From an uncultured Acidobacteriota bacterium (GTDB lineage Bacteria; Acidobacteriota; Thermoanaerobaculia; Gp7-AA8), in contig CAWCBB010000016.1 of assembly GCA_963793695.1 (NCBI GenBank), positions 132,550 to 196,549 of the forward strand: DNA of 64,000 nucleotides, in the 5' to 3' direction. This document shows positions 56,950 to 64,000 of this stretch, piece by piece (position 1 is the stretch's first letter; every line of letters begins with the position of its first letter). The position numbers were made by a program, and so were the translations under genes. The notes beneath the pieces are model-generated. The model ran no database searches and had not been told where the DNA came from. It saw nothing but the letters and a program-made list of their open reading frames with translations.

Positions 56950-58012
56950 ATGGCAGACAGCGTTCTGAAGACCAGCATCCGAAGCGCCGAAGGAAAACCG
57001 CCTCGGCCTCAAGCCGCTCGATTACCAGGGCGGGAAGTCGACGCTCTGCGCGGGCTGCGGCCACGACGCGATCAGCAATCAGATCGTCCGCGCCTTCTTC
57101 GAGATGAGCGTCCGGCCGGAGCAGCGTCGCGAAGTTCTCCGGGATCGGCTGCTCGTCGAAGACGCCCGCCTACTTTCTCAACCGCGCGCACGGCTTCAAC
57201 TCGGTTCACGGCCGCATGCCGGCGGTCGCCACGGGCGCGGCGCTCGCGAATCACCACCTGATCGGCATCGGCGTCTCCGGAGACGGGGATACGGCCTCGA
57301 TCGGCCTCGGCCAGTTCATGCACATGGTCCGGCGGAACATCCCGACGATCTACATCATCGAGAACAACGGCGTGTACGGCCTGACGAAGGGGCAGTTCTC
57401 CGCGACCGCCGACGAGGGGTCGAAGCTCAAGACGGGCGTCGTCAACGACCTTCCTCCGATGGACCTCTGCGCGCTCGCCGTGCAGCTCGGATGCGGCTTC
57501 GTCGCGCGCGGCTTCGCGGGCGATCCGAAGCAGATGGTGAACGATCCTCAAGACCGCCCTCGCGCATGACGGGCTCTGCGGTGATCGACGTCATCTCGCC
57601 CTGCGTCACCTTCAACAACCACGAAGGGTCGACCAAGGGCTACCAGTACTCGAAGGAGCACCAGGAGATCCTCCAGCAGATCGGTTTCGTTCCGGCGTAC
57701 GAGCAGATCGAAGTCGAGTACGCGCCGGGCGAAGTGCAAGGAAGTCGCGCATGCACGACGGCTCGAAGGTCCTGCTCAGAAAGCTCGAAGAGGACTACGA
57801 CCCGACGCGACCCGATGCAGGCGCTCGCCGCGCCTCCACGCGGCGGAGGAGGCGAAGCAGATCCTCACGGGCATCGTCCACCTCCGGCCGGAGAAGCAGA
57901 GCTTCATCAAACTCCTGAACCTCGTCGACGACGCCTCTGGTCCACCTCGGCGAAGCGGACGCGCGCCCGGGCCGCGGAAGCGCTGGAGACGATCATGCAG
58001 GAGCTGATGTAG
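56950..58012 (+). CDS. korB: 2-oxoacid:ferredoxin oxidoreductase beta subunit, multiple frame breaks
   Basis: ATG after a GGAGG SD. Cys cluster/TPP region CAGCGHD, GIGCSS, and GDGDTASIG...IIENNGVYGLTKGQ (ORF 57216..57569). Pieces lie in at least 4 frames' worth of ORFs up to TAG 58010-58012. Confidence 0.8.
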
Positions 58013-58024
58013 GAGGCGAGCGCC

Positions 58025-59163
58025 ATGCCGAAAGAGTATCGAGGCGACGACGAGTCCGAGGCGCCCGACGCCAAGGGGGCGGTCGAGTCCGACATCGAGA
58101 GGATCGAGGTCATCCAGGGAGACGAGGTCCTCGGCTACCCGGGCGCCGGACGCGAGGAGCATTCCGGAGAAGACGCCACGTCGAATGAGTCGGGTCTCGC
58201 GGACAACGAGAACGTCTCCGAAAAACAACGCACGCGGATGATCGATGTCGCCGACGTCCTCGGCCGCGTGCATTCGTTCGGCCGCCCGCCCGAGCGGGTC
58301 GTCTCTCTCGTCCCGTCGCTGACGGAAACGCTCTTCGATCTCGGCGCGGGAAACTCCGTCGCCGCCGTCACGGAGTTCTGCATCTTCCCGGAAGGGAAGC
58401 TCTCCGCTTCTTCCGCGGATCGGCGGGACGAAAACCCCCCGCGTCGACGCGATCCGCGCCCTCGCTCCCGACCTCGTCTACGTGAACGTCGAAGAGAACC
58501 TCGCGCGGGACGCGGAGCGCGATCGCGAGGTTCGCGCCCGTCTTCCCGACGGAGCCGAAAACCGTAGCCGGCGTTCTCCATCTCCTGACGGATCTCGGCA
58601 GGATCCACCGCCGCGACGACGACGCCGCGAACTGGAAGGAGCGGATCTCGCGCGAGATCGCGCGCGCCGGAGAGTCGAGGCCGTTCTCCTTCGCCTGCGC
58701 GATCTGGAAGGGCCCCTGGATGTGGTGCGGGGGCGACACCTACGTGTCGGACCTCATCACCACCGCGGGAGGAACCAACGTGCTGGGAGGGGAGGCGCGC
58801 TATCCGAAGGCGTCGCTCGAGGACGTCGTCGCCCGCGCGCCCGACGTGATCTTCCTCCCGGACGAGCCGTACGCGTTCTCGGAGAAGGATGCCGCCGATG
58901 CGAGGTCGAGGTTCGACGGCCGCGTGATCGGTCCGTTCCCGGGCCACCTCTTCACGTGGCACGGGACGCGGACGGCGAAAGGGTTGGCGTTCCTGCGGGA
59001 GGTGTTCGAGCACGTGATCCGGCACGTCGCTTTTATGCCCGTGCGAGGCATCTGCCCGCTCGGCCCCGGAACGCGACGTCCGCGTTTGCGAGAGACCGTT
59101 CGCGCCGGGGAGAGGGGTATGAGATTGCGCGGATTCGTATACCCCTCTCCCCGGCGAGGATGA
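58025..59163 (+). CDS. BtuF/TroA-like (cobalamin/metal-binding fold) protein with acidic N-terminal extension, several frame breaks, 3' end uncertain
   Basis: An AGGAGG SD lies 8 nt before ATG 58025. About 70 acidic residues come first, then RVVSLVPSLTETLFDLG...AVTEFC, PDLVYVN, and WMWCGGDTYVSDLI...PDVIFLPDEPY (ORFs 58025.., 58482.., 58720..). There is no signal peptide. The tail after LREVFE may be read-through. Confidence 0.55.
59105..59154. repeat. perfect 16-bp GC-rich hairpin
   Basis: CCGGGGAGAGGGGTAT - 18 nt loop - ATACCCCTCTCCCCGG, followed by a GAGGATGATCCTGAGG / GCTCATCCCGGGGAGAGGGG segment. Confidence 0.8.
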
Positions 59164-59275
59164 TCCTGAGGAGAGATGATGCTCATCCCGGGGAGAGGGG
59201 ACGGGGTGAGGGCCGGGATACCTCTCTGCCGAATGGAGCCGATTTGCCGATTCGTGCTTCTTCGGGGATCATCCA

Positions 59276-59317
59276 GACGACGAACGACGATCAACGATCG
59301 AACGATCAACGATCAAC
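59276..59317. repeat. solo heptamer array (GATCAAC/GAACGAC)n
   Basis: GACGACGAACGACGATCAACGATCGAACGATCAACGATCAAC, immediately upstream of the oxidase ATG. I found no inverted partner. Confidence 0.8.
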
Positions 59318-59324
59318 TACACGA

Positions 59325-60727
59325 ATGAACTACGGCAAAGTCACTCCCGAGATCATCGAAGAGCTGAGGCGCGCGGTCGGCGAGGACGCGGTCGTCACCG
59401 ACGCGGACGAGCTGCGGCCGTTCGCCTCCGATTACACCGAGGACCTCGTCTTCCTGCCGGAGGTCGCGGTCCTGCCGCGCACCACCGAGCAGGTCCAGGC
59501 GATGGTCCGCATCGCGCACCGCCACTCGATCCCGCTCACTCCGCGCGCCGGCGGCACCGGACTGTCCGGCGGGCGCTCTGCCGATCCTCGGCGGGATCCT
59601 CTTCTCCTGCCACCGGATGAACCGGATCCTCGAGATCGACCGCGGAGAACCTCGTCGGCGTCGTCGAGCCGGGGGTCATCACGCAGGTTTCCAGGAGGAA
59701 GTCGAGAAGGTCGGCCTCTTCTATCCGCCGGACCCGGCCTCGCGCGGCTCGTGCACGCTCGGCGGGAACGTCGCCGAGAACGCCGGCGGCCCGCGCGCCG
59801 TCAAGTACGGCGTCACGAAGGACTACGTCCTGGGAATCGAGGCGGTGCTTCCCGACGGGACGCTCATCAACGCGGCGGGAAGCTGTACAAGGACGTCACG
59901 GGCTACAACCTGCACGCAGCTTCTCGTCGGCTCGGAGGGGACGCTCGCGATCCTCACGAAGCTCTACATGAAGCTGATCCCCTGGCCGCCGCATCGGAAA
60001 GTGCTCCTCGCGCCGTTCGACTCGCTCGAGGCGGCGGCGCGCGCCGTGGTGAACGTCTTCACGCAAGGGCGTGCAGCCGAGCGCGTGCGAGCTGATGGAG
60101 AAAGACGCGGTCGACTGCGCGGTGCGGCAGCTCGGCAAGAACTGGCCGCACGCGGACGCCGCGGCGCACGTGCTCCTCGAGACGGACGGCCACTCGGCCG
60201 AGCGCGTCGACGAGGAGGCGATGCTGATCGGCGAGGCGTGCGTCGAGGCGGGCGCGGAGGACGTGCTGATCGCGGAGGACGGCCCGAGGATGCAGGAGCT
60301 CTGGGCGTTGCGGCGCTCGATCGGCGAGGCGGTCAAGTCGATCAACATCTACAAGGAAGAGGACACGGTCGTCCCGCGCAACCGCATCCCGGAGCTCATC
60401 GCGCGGCGTCAAGGAGATCGCCGCGGCGCTACGGCCTCATGACGATCTGCTACGGCCACGCCGGCGACGGCAACATCCACTGCAACATCATCAAGACCGT
60501 CGACGACGAGACGTGGGGGAGCGTCCTCCCCGTCGCCGATCCGCGAGATCTTCGAGCACACCGCGAAGCTCGGCGGGCAGGTCTCGGGCGAGCACGGGAT
60601 CGGGTACGTCCAGCGCGAGTATCTGCCGATCACGCAGGGCGCCGCGGAGATCGCGCTCATGAGGCAGATCAAGGACGTCTTCGATCCGAAGGGGATCCTC
60701 AACCCGATGAAGATCTTTCCGGACTAG
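59325..60727 (+). CDS. FAD-linked oxidase (GlcD / D-lactate dehydrogenase family), multiple frame breaks
   Basis: FAD-binding PCMH region (VAVLPRTTEQVQAMVRIAHRHSIPLTPRAGGTGLSGG), GGNVAENAGG, GSEGTLAI, and C-terminal GEHGIGYVQREYL...DPKGILNPMKIFPD ending at TAG 60725-60727. Fragments lie in ORFs 59617.., 60071.. and others. Confidence 0.8.
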
Positions 60728-60730
60728 TGG

Positions 60731-60868
60731 AGCGTCTAGGATGTCTAAGCGTCTCAGGAGTCTAGGAGTCGGTCGGGAGTCGAGGCGTCCAGAGTCTTCT
60801 CGACCGACTCTTGCCCGGAGACGCCCTGACCAGACTCCTACACTCCGAGACCCCTAGACTCCCAGACT
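60731..60868. repeat. inverted-microsatellite hairpin, 8-mer GTCTAGG/CCTAGAC flavour, between convergent genes
   Basis: AGCGTCTAGGATGTCTAAGCGTCTCAGGAGTCTAGGAGTCGGTCGGGAGTCGAGGCGTC ... GACGCCCTGACCAGACTCCTACACTCCGAGACCCCTAGACTCCCAGACTC. Confidence 0.8.
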
Positions 60869-61717
60869 CACATTTCCTTCCGGTACTTCGGATCGAGCGC
60901 GTCGATCAGGCCGTCGCCGAGGAAGTTGAGGCCCATGACGGCGAGCATGATGGCGATGCCCGGGATAGATCGCGAGATGGTTCGCGAGGCCGAGGTACTG
61001 GCGCCCGGTCGGTGAGCATCGCGCCCCATGACGGCGTCGGCGGCTGCACGCCGAGGCCGAGGAACGAGAGCGCCGCTTCGGCGAGGATCGCGCCGGCGAG
61101 GCCGAGCGTCGCCATGACGATGACCGGGCTGAGGACGTTCGGCAGCAGATGCCGGAAGATGATCCGCGGGCGAGCGCGCGCCGAGCGCCTCGCGCGGCGA
61201 TGACGAACTCCATCTGCCGCACCTTCAGGATCTGACCCCGCACGAGGCGCGCGTAGCCGACCCAGCCGATGACCGAGAGCGCGAGGATCACGTTGTTGAG
61301 GCTCGGCCCGAGGACCGCGACGAGCGCGATCGCGAGGAGGATGCCGGGAAACGCGAGGAGCATGTCGGAGAGCCGCATGATGAGCGTGTCGACCGTCGCC
61401 GCCGAAGTAGCCGGCGACCGCGCCGAGGAAGACGCCGACGGTCGAGGCGAGGAGGACGACGCTGAAGCCGACGCGCAGCGAGACGCGCGCGCCGTAGACG
61501 ACGCGCGAGAGGACGTCGCGCCCGAGATCGTCGAGCCCGAGCAGGATGCTCGCGCGACGGCCCCTCGAGCCGGCGCGACGTCTCCTGCCAGTCGGGTCGT
61601 GCGGCGCGATGAGACGGCGCGGCGAGCGCGACGACGACGAGGGCGATCGTGATCAGCGCGCCGGACGGTCAGCGCGAAGTTCCCGAGGAACGTCTTCCGG
61701 AACGTTGTCTTTGCCAT
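60868..61717 (-). CDS. ABC transporter permease, DppC/OppC family, multiple frame breaks
   Basis: MAKTTFRKTFLGNF at the N-terminus. Core pieces IMRLSDMLLAFPGILLAIALVAVLG and ATLGLAGAILAEAALSFLGLG (ORF 60906..61115). The tail ...LNFLGDGLIDALDPKYRKEM ends at TGA (TCA 60868-60870). Confidence 0.8.
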
Positions 61718-61726
61718 GCCCTCTGC

Positions 61727-62652
61727 CTAGTCGTACGAGATCCGCGGATCGACGAACGCGTAGAGGATGTCGGTGAACAGGTTGATCAGGATGTACGTGA
61801 GCGCGATGACGAGGATCGACGCCTGCACCTGCGGGTAGTCGCGCGCGTTGATCGACTGGATCAGCAGGCGGCCGAGGCCCGGCCAGGAGAAGATCTGCTC
61901 GGTGATGATCGCGCCGGTCAGCAGGGAGCCGAACTGCAGGCCGACGATCGTGATCACGGGGATGAGCGCGTTGCGGAGGCCGTGGACGAAGATCGCCTTC
62001 TGCCTCCCGACGCCTTTCGCGAGCGCCGTCGTCACGTAGAGCTGGTCCAGCTCGTCGGCGAGGCTCACCCGGATCATGCGCGTGAGGATCGCCGCGAGCG
62101 CGAGGCCCATCGTGAGCGAGGGGAGGACCATCGAGCGGAGGCCGGCGTCGCGCCCCGACACGGGAAACCATCCGAGGTGGATGGCGAACGCGATGATCAG
62201 CAGCGGCCCGAACCAGAAGCTCGGCATCGAGACGCCGGCGAGCGCGAAGAAGCGCGCGACGTTGTCGATCCAGGAGTTCCGGTAGATGGCCGAGACGATC
62301 CCGAGCGGGAACGCGACGAGGAGCGCGACGAGCATGCCGCCGAACGCGAGCTGGAGCGTCGCGGGATAGCGCTGCGAAGATCTGCTGCGGCGACGGGCTG
62401 CTGCGTGCGGAACGAGACGCCCAGATCGCCGCGCGCGATCCCGGCGAGGTAGTCGACGTACTGCTCCCAGAGCGGCTTGTCGAGGCCGAGCTGATGGCGC
62501 ACCCGCTCGACGTCGGCGGCCCGCGCGTTCTCCCCGGCGATCTGCACCGCCGGATCGCCCGGGATCATGTGGATCAGCGCGAAGATCAGCGTCATGATCC
62601 CGAAGGTGATCGGGATGACCTGGAGGAGCCGGCGGATGATGTAGGCCGTCAC
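61727..62652 (-). CDS. ABC transporter permease, DppB/OppB family, one frame break near 62385
   Basis: MTAYIIRRLLQVIPITFGIMTLIFALIHMIPGDP (ORF 62197..62652), then ORF 61727..62671 (TTALAKGVGRQKAIFVHGLRNALIPVIT, C-terminal DPRISYD). Confidence 0.85.
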
Positions 62653-62687
62653 GAGTCGGGCAGGACTGCAAATTGTCGGCCGGGGGC

Positions 62688-62790
62688 CGTTCTCCGGTCT
62701 CCGGTCTCCGTTGGAATGACGCCTATTTCGGGCGCGGGCGCGGGCGCGGGCGACGGAGACCGGGAGACCGGAGACCGGAGAACGGAGAAC
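62688..62790. repeat. inverted-microsatellite hairpin, GTTCTCC/GGTCTCC flavour
   Basis: CGTTCTCCGGTCTCCGGTCTCCGTT ... (GGGCGC)3 core ... ACGGAGACCGGGAGACCGGAGACCGGAGAACGGAGAACG. Confidence 0.85.
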
Positions 62791-62794
62791 GCCT

Positions 62795-63166
62795 CTACTC
62801 CCCGTAATAGTTGCATCGCGACGTGCAGGTCTCTTCGATCGTGACGCGATGCAGGATCGGGAGGGAGGGGGCGAGCTGGCGCCAGATCCAGACGGCGAGG
62901 TTCTCGGACGTGGGGTTCTCGAGGCCGGGAACGTCGTTGAGGACGTAATGGTCGAGCCGATCGACGAGGGGCCGCGCGATCGCCTTGAGCTCGCCGAAGT
63001 CGATGAGCCACCCCGTGGCCGGGTCGATCGTTCCCCGGACGGCGATCTCGCCGTGGAAGGAGTGGCCGTGCATCCGGAGGCACTTGTGCCCTTCGGGGAG
63101 GTTCGGTAGATAATGAGCCGCCTCGAAGTTGAAGGTCTTTACCAGCTCGACGACGGGGCGGTCCAT
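62795..63166 (-). CDS. queD: 6-carboxy-5,6,7,8-tetrahydropterin synthase
   Basis: ORF 62795..63610 trimmed to ATG 63166. MDRPVVELVKTFNFEAAHYLPNLPEGHKCLRMHGHSF has the QueD/PTPS His/Cys motif. 123 aa. Confidence 0.9.
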   Translation of the reverse strand: MDRPVVELVKTFNFEAAHYLPNLPEGHKCLRMHGHSFHGEIAVRGTIDPATGWLIDFGELKAIARPLVDRLDHYVLNDVPGLENPTSENLAVWIWRQLAPSLPILHRVTIEETCTSRCNYYGE

Positions 63167-63230
63167 GGGGCGCAGTTTCCCCAATTCGCTTCCCCTGTGC
63201 AAGGGCACTCGTTTTGCTGAGGTCGGAATC

Positions 63231-63662
63231 GTGACATCGACGCGCGAAGAACGTCCACCCGAGTCGCTCGGGACGCTGGTCCGCGGGCTGCTCGAGGACA
63301 TCTCGACGCTGTTCCGGAGCGAGATCGCCCTCGCGAAGATCGAGATCCGGCAGGCGATCGCCGGGCTCGGCGGGGTCGCGGCGCTCTTCGCCGGGGCGGT
63401 GCTTTTCGTGCTCCTGGGCCTGGCCTTCCTTTTCGTGACGCTGGTCCTGTTGCTCGCGCTGGTGATGCCCGCCTGGGGCGCGACGCTTCTCGTCGCCCTC
63501 GTGCTGTTCGCTCTCGCCGCGGGCGCTGCGCTCCTGGGCCGGAGCCGTCTGAGGAAGACGGAGATCGCGCCGATGGAAGCGATCCGCGGGATGAAAGAGG
63601 ACGTGGGCATGATCCGCTCGGAGCTGAAGCGCGCGCGGGGGAGGGACGAGGATGAGCCGTGA
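63231..63662 (+). CDS. small membrane protein, phage-holin-like (Holin-X/DUF1469-type) family
   Basis: GTG 63231 after GAGG. LVRGLLEDISTLFRSEIALAKIEIRQ is followed by two TM helices, a pattern I associate with this family. No phage genes are nearby. Confidence 0.55.
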   Translation: MTSTREERPPESLGTLVRGLLEDISTLFRSEIALAKIEIRQAIAGLGGVAALFAGAVLFVLLGLAFLFVTLVLLLALVMPAWGATLLVALVLFALAAGAALLGRSRLRKTEIAPMEAIRGMKEDVGMIRSELKRARGRDEDEP

Positions 63663-63954
63663 GCACACCAGGCAGCACATCGAGGTCGCGATCGACCGCG
63701 CGCGGGAGCGGGTGAGCGAGCGGATCGACGAGCTCGACGGGCGGCTGCGCGATCAGCTGAATTTCCGGGAGATGGCCGCCGAGCACGCGCCGCAGCTTCT
63801 CGCCGCCGGCGCCGCCTTCGGTTTCCTCGTCGGCCTCGGCATTCCGCGCGTTCTCCTCCGGAGCGTGCAGCTCGGCGTTCCCGTTTGGCTCGCCCTCACG
63901 ATCGTGAAGCGCCGCCGGGACGCAGCCGCTCACGATCCCGCCGTGATGATGTAG
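63652..63954 (+). CDS. small membrane protein (DUF3618-like)
   Basis: 100-aa ORF overlapping the previous gene by 11 nt. It has an N-terminal helical region plus 1-2 TM segments. The family call is tentative. Confidence 0.45.
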   Translation: MSREHTRQHIEVAIDRARERVSERIDELDGRLRDQLNFREMAAEHAPQLLAAGAAFGFLVGLGIPRVLLRSVQLGVPVWLALTIVKRRRDAAAHDPAVMM

Positions 63955-64000
63955 CGCGTTCCCGGCAGCGCCCGCACTTCCCCCGCGAGCTCGAGCGCGA

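Noticed and set aside
63231-63954. Holin-like gene as evidence of a prophage or lysis cassette
   Set aside because: No endolysin, spanin, capsid, tail or integrase genes are nearby. This small-membrane-protein pair is commonly chromosomal and stress-associated. The family assignment is from memory only.

Overview
Very GC-rich bacterial chromosomal segment (third codon positions are almost all G/C). Gene content is ordinary Gram-negative core genome: xerD, three GT-C-like membrane proteins, lipA, carD, deoA-deoB, queC-queE (queD far right), mce, secA, tRNA-Lys and tRNA-Leu, tig-clpP-clpX-lon-engB, rho, PBP1A, mlaEFD, ugd plus UDP-glucuronate decarboxylase, purA, hutH, kbl, one chemoreceptor, purL-purF, plsC, korAB, a BtuF-like protein, an FAD oxidase and two ABC permeases. 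I see no rRNA, CRISPR array, prophage, or recognisable defence, secretion or biosynthetic island. A high-GC Acidobacteriota-like lineage is only a guess from gene order. Two things are not ordinary. (1) Nearly every intergenic gap holds structured repeats. These are about 19 loci of inverted microsatellite hairpins (paired, oppositely oriented arrays of 7-8 nt units in 8 sequence flavours, sometimes nested), GTAGGGGCGGCC-type REP-like palindromes, and a 252-253 bp MITE with 18-bp TIRs and 10-11 bp target duplications. The MITE's 114-bp core lies in opposite orientation in its two copies. Many genes take their stop codon from the first unit of these repeats. (2) Many housekeeping genes (secA, lon, purL, purF, korAB, ugd, kbl and others) are broken by 1-2 nt indels. 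The breaks are unevenly spread: none in about 34.1-39.4 kb, dense in 39.7-62.6 kb. This most likely reflects sequence error rather than real pseudogenes. Coordinates of frame-broken genes span the reconstructed gene. Long Arg/Pro/Gly-rich antisense ORFs in the track are treated as GC artefacts.
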